From Anthoceros angustus (lineage: Eukaryota > Plantae > Anthocerotophyta): a stretch of DNA of 64,000 bases. Shown here piece after piece: positions 11,097-23,379 of the stretch; position 1 is the first letter of the stretch; the number at the start of each line of letters is the position of its first letter. The translations under genes were made by a program, and so were the position numbers. The stretch is taken from contig MU008182.1 in NCBI GenBank assembly GCA_010909165.1, forward strand, positions 682,001 to 746,000, in the 5' to 3' direction. The notes below the pieces were generated by a model. The model saw nothing but the letters and a program-made list of their open reading frames with translations, did no database searches and was not told the DNA's origin.

Positions 11097-12216
11097 GTGG
11101 TGGTCCGAGGATACCGTGGCCGTGGTCACAGGTAGCAACAAGGGTATCGGGTTTGAGATTGTGAGGCAGCTTGCCAAACAGGGTATTACAACCGTAATTA
11201 CATGTCGGGATGTGGATCGTGGTGAAGCCGCAGTGGACAGGCTGCGGAAAGAGGGGTTGCTAGTGATGTACCGCCAACTGGATGTGTCTAATCTGGAATC
11301 CGTCCGGCAGTTTGCTCATTGGCTGAGGCAGCAATTTGGTGGCATTGACATCCTGGTGAGATTTAAGCAACGTTCTGGTTTCATCATCTGCGTGAGCAGT
11401 AAAGGGTCTTGCTCATATCTGAAGTTCTGTGTAGCTGTACCAGCACGATCACTCATGTCTCCGAGGTAATCAAGCCTTCCGCACATGACAATTCGCTGAA
11501 AGGTGCTATCACGTTTGTTAACTTGGCTTTTTAAGGGTTTCATCTGCACCGGGCTCCTAGCCTTTTAAGAAAGTGGTATGAGGATTCAGAAAGGCCCTCT
11601 GATTGTTAGTGCAATGTTTGTTATTGGCAGGTGAACAATGCATCGATATTTGGTGCACCGGACTCACCAGATTTGGATAATGCACGAAAGGTCATGCAAA
11701 CAAACTACTATGGTGTGAAGAATGTAACAGAAGCTATTCTGCCTCTTCTGCGACCTTCCAAGTCCGGTGCTCGGATTGTCAACGTCAGTTCCAGGCTTGG
11801 GCAGTTCTCTGTAAGCTGTTTCTCTTCAGTGCTCCTGGCCCCGGTTCTCTATCTTGTTGTAGCTGGCTCTACATCTGTGAAAAGTCCCTTTGTTGGATCA
11901 AGACCTGCTGACTGAAGGTTTTTCTGATGAAAGCAGAATGTCATCAAAGCAAGTGCGAGGCTGACCTTCGATAAGATTGAGACCCTATCGGAGAAGAAGA
12001 TGGAAGAAGTCATGAAAAATTTCTACATCGATGCAAAGCAGCGCAAGAGTGATACATGGGCCACGATGTACCCTCATTACTCTGTTTCTAAAGCCTTTGT
12101 CAACGCTTATACAAGGATGCTGGCCAGGGACCTCGCTGACAGGCCAGCTGGAGCAAGGATCTTTGTAAACAGCTTCTGCCCTGGCTACACACAAACCGAC
12201 ATTACGGCAGGACAAG
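11097..12216 (+). CDS. Short-chain dehydrogenase/reductase, carbonyl reductase / neomenthol dehydrogenase-like; internal exons 11097-11355, 11631-11810, 11937-12216
   Basis: WWSEDTVAVVTGSNKGIG (TGxxxGxG), QLDV, IDILV|NNA, RIVNVSS, catalytic YSVSK and CPGYTQTD. AG/GT boundaries keep the frame. First and last exons were not located. Confidence 0.88.
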
Positions 12217-13014
12217 GTATTCACTGGTCCGCTGACCGATTGTTTGATTTAAATCACCGGGTACCGAAAGGATTCGGCAGCTTCGGGGTGCACAGAATTT
12301 TGCTGTTGGTCCGTCTGTCCTTTGCCCCTAGGTTAGCCCTAACTAAAAACAAGAGTGGTGGACAACCACATGTGACGCATTCTGTGGAACCTGTGCGAAA
12401 TTTCAGAGAGGCGACCAGATTTACCAAGCTACTGGAATATGTACTTTGACCTTGTTTATCTGGCAAGGCGGTTTTTGGATCTTGCACTAGGAGAGTGAAG
12501 AATCACCACCCTAATCGAAAGAGCGTGGAAAATCAGAATCTTTTGCCTGAGTGAAGAACATGGAATATATTGCTGGAGGAATCCGGCGGTGAACCCCAGA
12601 CACTGGATATTGACACAACGTGGTACACTTGGGAATCCTTGTGATCACAGCATTGTGCACATGGTGGATAATACCGACAGTGTGAGGGTCAAGGGCATAA
12701 TGCCCACTAGTCTAGTGCCCCGTCGTGCCTGCCTGCTACAATGCAAGGACGCCATGCTGTTTGAGGACTTTGCATTTGCAGCAAGCGAGCCAGGAATTTG
12801 TGTCATCTCATTTGAGCACATGGCATCGAAATAAAAATGTTGTGAAATGTTACATGGGAGGACTGTCCATCCCCAAACAAGGAGCAGACCAGCAACCGAC
12901 AATTTTGCTCAGGAGTGCCCAGGAATTCGCTCTACTGCCTACTGTCTACATAGCCATTGCCTGCCTGCCTGCTGATAAGCAAAATTGTGGTGCTGGCAGC
13001 ACCCGGAGCCAAAG

Positions 13015-15969
13015 CTACGTTCGCCCCCGACAGGCCCAGGCCGAAGCAGTGAGCAGTTGCCTATCCTGCCATGCCAAAGAAACCAAGCCACCCTCCTCCG
13101 ACATCTTGTATCCTTCACAAGGACACAGTTGCAGCAACAGCTTGGCCTGCGTGACATTGTGAGAACTCAAAGGCAGCTGCACAAATCCCGCCGCCTTCAT
13201 CCTCTGCTGCCACACCTGCGCGGTCTCGTGCCTGGCCACCCGCTCCGCCCCCTCGCACGCCACGATGTTCTTGATCTGGGTGGCAAAATGCACCTGCTCG
13301 ATCTTCACCCTGTCCTCGCTCTGCTGCGGCAACGACGCGTCCAGGGAGTCGAATATGGCCGCGTAGTAGTGCAGAGCCTCCACGAACCGCGCCAGGAAGG
13401 TGGGCGCGTTGTGGCTCGCCTCCTGCTCCACCAGCGTCACCACCTTGGGCCCCAGCCGAGCCACGGTGCTGCGCAGAAAGCCCTGCAGCCTGGCCGGGTA
13501 GTAGTGCTCGTCGGATCTGGTGGGCGATTGCTTGGAAAAGCCTTCTTCATCAGGCTGGTACAGGAGAGTGTGGAGCTTGAACACGGAGTTGAGAGCTATG
13601 GCTTCCCCCGGCCTGGGGCAGATGCAGTCGGGTGTGACATGCTCCAAGTCCCTTGCCACAGCGTCGAATTCGAACGCCATGTCGAAGGAGGCAGCAAAGC
13701 TGGCTAACCTCTGCCCTGTGTCTCGAAGAATCCCTTCCTCCCCAACACCCGTAATCCTCAGCAGCCTCGGAGGCCCTCCCGGGCGGGTGGCCAGGGACTG
13801 GATCAGAGACGGCCACTGGAATCCCTGCATGATGTCCAGGTCCACCACGTGCACCAGCTCCTCCCCGTCCATGGCCTCCAGGATGGCCTGGTTGGCTGTG
13901 AAGTGCGCGAACTGGAAGTACGGCGACACCTTGTAGAGGGCAGTGAAGGCCAGGAGACTCTCCCGCACAGACGGCTGGTGCATCAGGGTGGCGTACACCG
14001 GGGACGCCTTCCCCACCACCCTGGCCGCCAGGCCTTCCGCGAAGTAGGCAGCGATCCTCTGCATGGAGTCCCCGTACAGGGACGCGCCCTGGTAGAGCTG
14101 GCCCAGGATGTCGGCTGCGAGGGAGGAATCGTCCCTGGCCGCGGCCTCCGCGCACTGCAGCAGCAGGTGCACCAGGCTCAGCCCCTGCGCCTCCATCCCC
14201 GCCGGCGGATTCTCGAACAACGCCGCCGTGGATTGCAGGCTCAGCTTCAGCCTGGCGTGCTCCGATTTCTTCACCTCCTCCTCGGATTGGGCCGGGGTGG
14301 CCCGGGCCCGGAAGGCCGCCGCCATGTGCTGCGCCTGCGCCCGGTGGAGCTCCCGGGTGATGGTGCACCCCCCCAGCGGCCTCGGCGCGTCCCACGCCTG
14401 CCGCCCATCATCCAGGCTGTCGTGCACGGTAGAGTTGCTCACCTGCGAGCTGGAAAGATGCGCATCCCGGGCCCGAGAGTGGAACAAGCTCTTGCTCCTG
14501 GCTGGGCTGGTGATGGCCACCTCCGCTTGCGCCATGGACGCCAGCTCCGGATCCTCCCTCGGGGCGGCATGCCCCTCGCTCGTGCACGGCGTGTTGCAGA
14601 GCCCGCTGTGGTCCGACGCCAGGCTCAAACCTAGCACCGGAGGTCCTGGAGCAGACCATCCCCCTGACGAGCTCGCGGCTTCCTGGCTCCCCGATTGCTG
14701 CTGCTGCCCCTTCCGGGGCAGCCCGGATGCCACCCGCTTGCACACCTCAATGTGGCTGTTGATGGGCACCAGCTCGTGGCTGCTCACGTTGAGATCCACG
14801 AAAATGTTGACAGATTTGCGGGGCACGGAGTCCTGGGCCGATTTGGGGGAGAGCCGGGCAGTCTTGGCCGGCTTGGGAGAGCACTGTTCATCACCGTCTT
14901 CTTCGTCTTCTGCTTGTCGTTGTTGATGGTGTTGTTGTTGATGGTGCTGCTGTTGTCGGGGAGGGCTGAGGCTGAGGGCGTCTCCTGCGAGATCGGCCTG
15001 CTCCTCGTCCGCAGTGACGCTCACTTTGGAGACTGTGGCGAGGAAGGGGCGCTTCTTGGGGGGGAAGGCGGAGGCAGGCACGGGAGCAGGAGCAGGAGCA
15101 GGCGCTACGGCTGCTGGATGTTCCGGGCTGCCCACAACGGAACAGGCTTGATCCTGGTCGTGCTCCCCGGCGTCCTGCAATTGGGAGCCGCAATTGGCAT
15201 CCTCGCTTGCGCTACCGCTGGCACTGGCGCTGGCGCTGAAGCTGGCAGCCGCCTTGTTGGCAGAAGCCGGAACGGTGTTGAAGGCGGATTTGTGGCCGCC
15301 CAGCGTGATGGCCTTGTGCTCTCTGGGCCTGTTGCCGAAGGGGAGAGGCGGGTGCGAGTCCCGCCAATCCGAGGCCCACGCCCGATTGGAGGCCACCGCG
15401 CGGTGCACCTTGTCCACCAGCGCGTTCCAGGCCTGCGGCGCGGCACCCTGGAGGAGTTCAGTGCTGGCCGTGGTGGCCAGGAAGGCGCGGTCTCCCGGCT
15501 GCGAGCTCTGCAGCACAATGCTCTCGCTGCTGGATCGGCTGGCCAGGCCGCACTCCGCGTCCGCCCCGCCCTCCGTGCCGCTCATGGACTCCCCCACGTG
15601 CGCCTCCGAGGACATGGGAGGAAAATTGCTCCCTGCTCCCCCGCCGCCGCCACCGCCGCCGCCGCTGGTCCTGCTGCTGTGCCGGCGGCGCGCGGAGGAG
15701 GAGGCGTGGGTTTTCCCCCTTCCCGCCGCCTCCCAGGCGCAGTCAGCCTCCATGGCCCCCCCGTCGTCACTGTCCCTGTCCCTGTCCCTGCTGTCGGAAT
15801 CCGTGAACGTGCAGGAGCTGGTGGCCGTGGTGGCCAGGGACTGCGCCGGCCGCAGCTCCAGGCGGAAGGAGTCCGATCGGGGCAGGGAATTGAGGGACGC
15901 TGTCGGGCCGCACATGATGCGATCGCGCAGATGCAGCGGGGCGGGATCCGCGACGCACGCAGGTGGCAT
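13015..15969 (-). CDS. GRAS-family transcription factor (SCARECROW-like group), intronless, ~984 aa with a long low-complexity N-terminus
   Basis: LVHLLLQCAEA, MQRIAAYF, PYFQFAHFTANQAILEA, VHVVD, QWPSLIQ, LRITG, VEQEASHN, RFVEALHYYAAIFDSL, RHE and terminal SAW. First ATG at 15969. Confidence 0.95.
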   Translation of the reverse strand: MPPACVADPAPLHLRDRIMCGPTASLNSLPRSDSFRLELRPAQSLATTATSSCTFTDSDSRDRDRDSDDGGAMEADCAWEAAGRGKTHASSSARRRHSSRTSGGGGGGGGGAGSNFPPMSSEAHVGESMSGTEGGADAECGLASRSSSESIVLQSSQPGDRAFLATTASTELLQGAAPQAWNALVDKVHRAVASNRAWASDWRDSHPPLPFGNRPREHKAITLGGHKSAFNTVPASANKAAASFSASASASGSASEDANCGSQLQDAGEHDQDQACSVVGSPEHPAAVAPAPAPAPVPASAFPPKKRPFLATVSKVSVTADEEQADLAGDALSLSPPRQQQHHQQQHHQQRQAEDEEDGDEQCSPKPAKTARLSPKSAQDSVPRKSVNIFVDLNVSSHELVPINSHIEVCKRVASGLPRKGQQQQSGSQEAASSSGGWSAPGPPVLGLSLASDHSGLCNTPCTSEGHAAPREDPELASMAQAEVAITSPARSKSLFHSRARDAHLSSSQVSNSTVHDSLDDGRQAWDAPRPLGGCTITRELHRAQAQHMAAAFRARATPAQSEEEVKKSEHARLKLSLQSTAALFENPPAGMEAQGLSLVHLLLQCAEAAARDDSSLAADILGQLYQGASLYGDSMQRIAAYFAEGLAARVVGKASPVYATLMHQPSVRESLLAFTALYKVSPYFQFAHFTANQAILEAMDGEELVHVVDLDIMQGFQWPSLIQSLATRPGGPPRLLRITGVGEEGILRDTGQRLASFAASFDMAFEFDAVARDLEHVTPDCICPRPGEAIALNSVFKLHTLLYQPDEEGFSKQSPTRSDEHYYPARLQGFLRSTVARLGPKVVTLVEQEASHNAPTFLARFVEALHYYAAIFDSLDASLPQQSEDRVKIEQVHFATQIKNIVACEGAERVARHETAQVWQQRMKAAGFVQLPLSSHNVTQAKLLLQLCPCEGYKMSEEGGLVSLAWQDRQLLTASAWACRGRT

Positions 15970-16129
15970 CACTACCGCCCACCAAACGCAAGGGCAAGGC
16001 AGGGCCAGGCAGGGCCAGGCAGACGGGGGAACTGGGACAGGGACAGACCCTTCACAGACACAGGAGCAAAAGCCGAGGGAAGCAAAGGAGACTCGCAAGC
16101 AAAGGAAAGCGAAGGAGGAGCGAGAGGGA

Positions 16130-17100
16130 CAAGAGAAGAGGAAGAGGAAGAGGAAGTGGAAGTGGAAGTGGAAGAGGGTGAGTGCGTGCGCACAGGCAGC
16201 AGAGGAGGGAAGAAGGAAGAAGAAGCAGTAGACTGAGAGTAGAAAGGCTATCTATCCCCGACGAATGATTGACTGATTGCCCTTGCCATTGCCCTGGCCA
16301 CAGACACAACTGAAGCAACAGGAACAGCAACAGCACCTTGTCGAGAGGAGAGAGAGAAAAAGGAGCACAGAGCAGACGAAAGCAAAGCACAAGCGTTGCC
16401 TGCACCTTTCTTTGTTTCCTTCCTTCCTTCCTTCCTTCCTTCCGCTCCCCCTCCACCTAGCTTTCTCTCTATCTATGTCTTGCCACCCATGTACAGTACG
16501 TGGAGTGTAAGGGAACATGGTAGGAGGGGCAGAGGGAAGGGCAGGCGTTGTGCGTTCGGATTCTCTTGGCAGTTGGCAGCTGCCAAACATGGCTTGTCAT
16601 CCAAGCTCTGCTCGGCTGGCCTTTACTCCGCCATAATAGCTGCTGCCGCCCGGACCCCGGCTCCTCCCTTTCCCGCAGGACATGTGCCCACATCTCCTGG
16701 CCTCTACCACCACCTGCCTCCTTATACTCCTCCACTACGCTCCTACTGTATCTGTGACACCAGCAGCACGGTCCATGGCCCATGGCCCATGGCCCATGGC
16801 CCAGGTCCAGGTCCAGGTCCGTGCCCGGGTGTGGATGATGCCCGAGATTCGTGTAATGTGCCGCAGTCCGCCCGCCGCATTGTTGCGCGCGACGGACTCG
16901 GACTAGGACTCGGACTCGGACTCCAAAAATGTCCCTAGAATGCGCAGCTGCTCTTCTGTGTGCGCACGTTTGGCGTCAAACTGACTCTTGGTTGCTGCAA
17001 TCGGTGACGATGGGGCGGGTCCGGTCGTCGAGCCTGGGTGGGCGGAACTGCCAACTGCCCACTCCCCACTCCCCACTCCCCACTCCCCACTGCCCATGCC
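16130..17100. repeat. Microsatellite-rich upstream region of the GRAS gene
   Basis: (GAAGAG/GAAGTG)n ~16135-16175, (TTCC)n ~16416-16444, (CCATGGC)n ~16773-16800, (GGACTC/A)n ~16893-16923, (CCCACTC)n ~17058-17090. Confidence 0.85.
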
Positions 17101-19212
17101 CACTGCCGGGCTGGCCGAATCGCCCAATCCGGCTGGCCAGCATTATTAGGTCACACCGCCACACACACACATAACACCCACGCTTTGGGTACCGTTGCCT
17201 GGTTGCCAGAGGAGGAGGAGGATATTCACATCACTCTGGACGTCACGTTCCGGTAGGTATTATTCTTCGCGCTTGCTGCTGCTGCTGCTGCCGCTTCACT
17301 GGAGTCTGGCAGAATCAGCAGCGAACGCGTCGCCCGTCCGGGAGTCCGGGAGTCCGGGACCCGGGCCCCGGCCCTTCCATCTTTGTTTCACACTGTGACC
17401 GACACAGTCTGTTCGCACCGGCACCGGCAGAGACGCCGGGCGGCCATTGGGCGGCCGCCGCGTCAAAAGAAGCATCCCATGATCACCCACTCCTGTCACT
17501 CCCCAGCATCTCTATCCACTATGTGTGCCCTGTCCTTAACCCACACTGCCGAGCCAGAGCATATCCGGCTCCTGTTGCACCCGCTGTTGAGGAATCCAGG
17601 GAATCCAGTTCCACTTCTCTCCTCCTGCCCAGAACCACCACCAGCAGCCAGCCGCGGCATCGCCACGGCCCGTCCGTGAGTACATAGTACAAGCCCCGCT
17701 TCTAGAACCCTCCACCCCACCCCCAGACGTGGTACCATCACCCCAGGTGGTGGAATTCTCCAAACACCTCTTCAACACCGCACCTCACAACCCTAACCCT
17801 ACCCCAGCTCTTCAACACCGCACCTCACAACCCTACCGCTGTGCGTGCAGTCGGGTAGGGTATGTTTCTGTATGTATGTACGCATGACGTAGGCCATGCA
17901 GACCCCATGAAAGGGAGCTACATGACAACGATGAAGGGTGCCGTGCACACTGCCGCCTCCTTGCCCAAAGGATGGGCTCCCAAGTCCAGAGCCACAGCCG
18001 AGCCGCGTTTCTCGCCAGGGTGGTGCGCCACGGCTGGCGTTCGCCGCGCTCAAGGCTTGGCCAACCCTTTTCGCTCCATGTGGTACCCACTTTCCGCAAC
18101 ATGTCTTTGCCGACGCATTACTCCAACATTAGGCAGCGCATTAGGCACTGGGCCTGCTGCACGCACCACATCTCCACACTGATTTGCTTTGGCGTATTCG
18201 TCGGAGATAGCTCTGGCCGGTCAAGCTCCGGCGCCTCGGGCTTGGCTGCTTGGCTTGAAGTTTGGGAACGCTCTTCCACTCGCTCTGCGTACCTGCCTTG
18301 CCTTGTGCGCATTTGCATTTGGCCAACCTCCCGCTTTTGCGTTTTCCCAAGGGCAGCCACGTCCCCGGATGTATTCCGTCATTTCTAGAAACCTTTTTCC
18401 TTCCAAGTCAACCTATCTGTCCAATAATGTGTGCAAGTACTTATTTTCGAACACTGCGCTTCCCAATCTTAGACTTTGTCAAAGCAAGAAAAGAAATATG
18501 CTTTTATATAGATATTCGTAGAAAATTCAACCTCTAATATTAGCCATTTCTTTTTATTCCAAGCGATTTGGTATCTTTTATAAATACTACGTCACTGTAC
18601 TATAATAATTTCACATTCTTATTCCCATCCACCCTTTTTTCTTGATGCCAAAATTGTAGAGAAAAAATCAAAGATGCCAAAGTATACAATAAAAAATAGA
18701 CAGCATTTGGCTAACTATGTTTTATTTGCACACGTTAGAATGGAATCCCAACGTTTTTCTATCCTTGTGGCTCACCAATAATGAGCTTTATTGATGTTGA
18801 AAGAATCATGTAAATATTTTCTCATCTTTTCGTTAATTTCATGTAAAGTATGAACGTATCTATATATCCATATAAAGTGCTCCCATCTTAACATGGGAAG
18901 GTTGCACCAATTGGAATTTTATTGAATTAATATTTTTTATTAAAAACTGTTTATCACTATAAAGTTCAGATATACCTAGTACAAAAAAGGAAAAATTCAA
19001 GGGGACTTTTTATCCCATTATAAAAAAGATGAGAATGGTGCGCCAAAGTGTATACTTGTGAAGCACGTCTATAGTGAACCAAAAACTAAATAGACTAACT
19101 TTATGATATGAAGACCAAAAGCCACTTCTAGTATAAAAAAAGTCTACAGCATGTTAGTGACAACCCATGGTAACGGATAACTTCTATCCAAATTCTTCTC
19201 CAAAGAAAGTAA

Positions 19213-19402
19213 AGAGCCCATTGTATCCTACCAGATAGGCTCCTTACAAAGAATAGGCTCCTTAATAGCTTATTCTTCTAGATCATTAGTGCTTTTATTT
19301 TTTTTCAAGGAGCCTATTGTATCCTACCAGATAGGCTCCTTACAAAGAATAGGCTCCTTAATAGCTTATTCTTCTAGACCATTAGTGCTATTATTTTTTT
19401 TC
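19213..19402. repeat. Tandem duplication of ~97 bp
   Basis: GAGCC(C/T)ATTGTATCCTACCAGATAGGCTCC occurs twice. Confidence 0.9.
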
Positions 19403-20107
19403 ACAACATTACTTGGAGGGTTTTATTTCAAATAAATAATAGCTATAACAGTTACACCAACATACTAGAGACAATTAGCTGAGGATAGCAACCCCAATAA
19501 GTAGTAGCTGCTAAACCAAGGCCATATAACACAATCTAGCACCGCCCAAAAGCACGATGCACGATGAGCAATGAAGGCCATAGGACACAGTTTAGCACCG
19601 CCCATAAGGATGACGGAGCGACCAAGGCCATAGGACACAATCTAGCACCCCCAAAAGGATGGTGCAAAGCGAGCAAGAAAAGTTGACCATAAAACTAACT
19701 TCTGAAGATGGGGAGCTCACATAACCCATGGGTTGCCACATGGCATACCTCGTGAAACAAAGCCCATAATTGAAAGGACAATAATTTCCTTTATGAGAAG
19801 GAAGAAAATAGTAAAAGAACACACGTGGCATCTCTCAAAAAGGTGAGAGTGATATCATTCAGGACAATAATTTGCATCATGATAAGGAAGAAAATAGTAA
19901 AACTCACATGTATACTACATGATAGCTACTGTATATATACATGCATGGTAGCTACCATAAAAACAACATATATTTGATATGGTAGCAGCCAAATTTGATA
20001 CAAATTCCAGCATGTTGGTCGCATAGTTTCAAAATAGTTGTTTATAATTCCAAAAGATGAAGGTTCTAAAACTAAGAAAGAAAGAAAAAAAGATGTAAAA
20101 CTACATC

Positions 20108-20598
20108 TGGTCCACCCTCCGCCCCTTATTGGGACTGGTTCGGAGTGCCTTTAGAGGTCCCATTACATTTTTCTATTTAGAAAATATTATAACATTATAA
20201 ATGTTAAAAAACAAAAAATACCCATAAAAAGGAAATTTAAATTTTGATTGATAGGTTTCACCAAAAATAACTTTTACCACTTCTCTACTTAGTTGCTTGA
20301 AAGCTAGCACTCTCTCCAAGCAGCATTAAAAAACCTGTACCTATCATAAAGGAAAAAGCTTAGCTTAGGAGTCTTCAATCACACCTAAACTATTGTGCTT
20401 TGAAGTAATAATTTTTTATTTTTTATTTTTTAGTAAAAAATTAAAAATCCCATTTAGGAAGGTGAAACTAACATGAATGTATGTTTCAAAAGGTTTCAAT
20501 TACCATTTAGAGAAAAGTCCCATTTTTTACACTGTAAACTAAAGCGAGCAGGATGGGAGGTCCCATTTATAGAGTTCCCAATTACAGGGGGGCGACTG
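20108..20598. mobile_element. MITE, Tc1/mariner(pogo)-like; left end degenerate
   Basis: Highly similar to 52113-52653. The right end TCCCAATTACAGGGGGGCGACTG is followed by TA. Confidence 0.8.
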
Positions 20599-21018
20599 TA
20601 TACACAATATGGTAGGTGTCCTATATATAGCTGCATATTGATCGCATGGTCATAAATAATTGTAAGCGATTCTAAAAGAGGAAGGTTGTAAAAATCCCAT
20701 GTCCACGAAAAGGTAGCTGCCCTATAGGTAGCCACATGTTGCTCGCAAGTTTACAAATAGTTGTAAACGATTCCTAAACAAGAAGGTTCCATAGTAATAA
20801 AATTGCGATACTTGCTTTCAATTTCAGTTTCAGCTATCACAAAGAGATTTGTAGAGAGCTAAGAGCTTTCCTACAAGCCAAGGGGCTGTAGCGAGAAAAC
20901 ACTTTACAAAAATTAGAGAGCAGTACCTACACGAGGAGGGGTGTAAGTTGTTTATGAGACGATAGGCTACTTGGATCCTACCGCTGTGGGGCCGATGACC
21001 TCACTCCGCGGTGTCATT

Positions 21019-22521
21019 ATGGATAAATGTTTTCTTTTTATTTGTTTTGTGCTTGTTTTGAGTTATGTGCGTAGCGCAAGTGCCAAGAACTTTACTGGTC
21101 TTTATATTTTTGGAGATTCATCTGTTGATGCTGGTAATAATCAGCATCGAAATACTCATGGACTAGCAAGAGCCGACTTTCCTCCATTTGGCCAAGATTT
21201 TGCACATCATAAAGCTACCGGACGACATACTAATGGTTTTCTTGCCATTGATTTTATAGCTCGACACCTTAATTTGACCCATCTTCCACGTCCTTATTTA
21301 GATCCCCACAATAATAATCTTGGTGTGGGTGTTAATTTTGGATCAGCTAGGTCTGGTATTCTTCGTGATACAGGGATACATGAATATGGAAATGTTATAC
21401 CATTAAGAGACCAACTTATGTATTTCAGAGAAGACACATTAAGTCAACTTCATCAACACGATCCAATAAATTATGCTCACCATGTAGCCAACTCTTTAAT
21501 TTATGTATCAGCGGGAAATAATGATTGGATGGAATTTCTTACAAGCAACAATGAAACCATATTGAATGAAGTAGGCCAATTTGTAGAGAACATTCTACGC
21601 GAATTTAGAGATATCATTCAAGACTTTTATAATATAGGAGCACGAAAGTTTGTAATAGCAGAGGTGCAACCTTTGGGATGTATGCCTTTTTTATTGGCAA
21701 AACATAATGCAACAAATACTTCGGGAAAATGTTTAGGTCATATCAACCAAAAAATCGTAAATTATAACAAGAAGCTTCGAGCTATAGTAAAGGATATGCT
21801 TGAACAAGATGATGGAATAAAAGAAGCAAAAGTATTTGTGGCTCCTGTTTATCATATTACTCATCATGCGATAAAACATCTTTCTAGTCATGGATTTGAC
21901 AATAATACCGCATGTTGTGGTGGAGGACCTTTCAATGGCCAAACTTATTGCCAACGTCATACAGTGGCTTGCAGTCATGCAAAAAAGCTTCCTTGGTGGG
22001 ATGCATTTCATGCATCACAAGCATTGAACAAATTTGTTGCCCACGAACTCTTTTGGGGAACATTTCATTTTGATGTATCTATCTTTTGTAAGAATATTTA
22101 TCACATTATTTTTGACTTCGAGATAATCATTAATGGTGGCTCCTCAAGTCCATCATCTTCAGGTGCACCATCACCAACGGAGCCAGCTTCAGGTGCACCA
22201 TCACCAATGGAGCCGGCTTCAGGTGCACCATCACCGATGGAGCCAGCTTTAGGTGCACCAGAATCGTCAACGGAACCATCTTCAGGTGCACCACCATCGC
22301 CGACGGAACCTACGACAACACCACTCTCAACCCCTCTTGGTTCACCATCGATAGAACCTGTTACAAATCCTATTCCATCATCGCCAACCGTGGGTAACAC
22401 CTCAGTTGTTCCGCCATCGTCAACATCCCCAATATCTGTAGGGACTTTTCCTGTTCCAAGCCCGTATGATGACACTGATGACCCTGATAGTATTTATAAT
22501 ACGCCCTATATTGATGAATGA
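21019..22521 (+). CDS. Secreted GDSL (SGNH) esterase/lipase with Pro/Ser/Thr-rich tail, intronless, copy 1
   Basis: Signal-peptide-like MDKCFLFICFVLVLSYVRSASA, then FGDSSVDAGNN, TGRHTNG, GVNFGSA, AGNND, GARKF, PLGCMP, ACCG and WWDAFH. The tail carries SGAPSPxEPA repeats. An upstream in-frame ATG is possible (~20995). Confidence 0.92.
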   Translation: MDKCFLFICFVLVLSYVRSASAKNFTGLYIFGDSSVDAGNNQHRNTHGLARADFPPFGQDFAHHKATGRHTNGFLAIDFIARHLNLTHLPRPYLDPHNNNLGVGVNFGSARSGILRDTGIHEYGNVIPLRDQLMYFREDTLSQLHQHDPINYAHHVANSLIYVSAGNNDWMEFLTSNNETILNEVGQFVENILREFRDIIQDFYNIGARKFVIAEVQPLGCMPFLLAKHNATNTSGKCLGHINQKIVNYNKKLRAIVKDMLEQDDGIKEAKVFVAPVYHITHHAIKHLSSHGFDNNTACCGGGPFNGQTYCQRHTVACSHAKKLPWWDAFHASQALNKFVAHELFWGTFHFDVSIFCKNIYHIIFDFEIIINGGSSSPSSSGAPSPTEPASGAPSPMEPASGAPSPMEPALGAPESSTEPSSGAPPSPTEPTTTPLSTPLGSPSIEPVTNPIPSSPTVGNTSVVPPSSTSPISVGTFPVPSPYDDTDDPDSIYNTPYIDE

Positions 22522-23379
22522 TGAGAAAATTTCATGCTCTCAACTTAAACACTTAAGAGTTAGTGTTTAGATCTTTGGGGTTTAGGGATGTAGGGGTTAG
22601 GATTTAGATTTTTTTTTTTTTTTGGTGATTTTTATAGTCGGATTGACTCCTCATCTCTTTTGACAAACAAAACTTAGATGAGATCACTACTTTGTTTTGT
22701 GCATGATAAAGATATGTATTCTTATCTAAATGGTACATACTATGTTTGTCTAAATGTTCCCACAAAAAGTAACTAATGGCAAGTATAAGGAAGTGAAAGC
22801 GGCCTTAATCGATTTTGCGATTCATATTATGGCTCACTACCATACTATCTCAAAACACTTGTCATGCCATCTAGCAAGAATTGTCATGATGAGCATATTG
22901 AGTAGAACCTTTGTGTTCCTTTGCAAGTTCGATGCACCATGCATGCTTATGTCATTCTAGAACAATTATACCTTGGTTTCTACCTTGTATTAGTGTTCAC
23001 TAGCTCGTTCTCGCTATGGTAGCTACCTGAAATCTACATATTTATGATATGGTAGCTGCCAAAGAGAATACTATGCATGGCATATTTTTAGTGAGAATCT
23101 TGGGTTTTACTGGTTTCCAGAGTACAAGGTACCCCAAAGGAAGGTAGAAAGAAAGTTAAACCAGACCTAAGCGACGTCTAACATTATGACTGAACTAAAA
23201 CACTTAATAAACCTTGCTTGTGGGACATAGTGCTAAATTGGGAGCTACATCCTACAAGCATGGGCCAGTGCTAGCGAAGAGAAGCCATAGCCTAGGGCGA
23301 CACACTCGAGAATGAATCCGCTCCACCTTACGGCTCTGGACGTCATCAGAGAGGGTACCTCTAAGGAAAACAAATTCCT

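Noticed and set aside
12985-16236. Long + strand ORFs (240, 261, 272, 513, 345 aa)
   Set aside because: Antisense shadows of the GC-rich GRAS gene.
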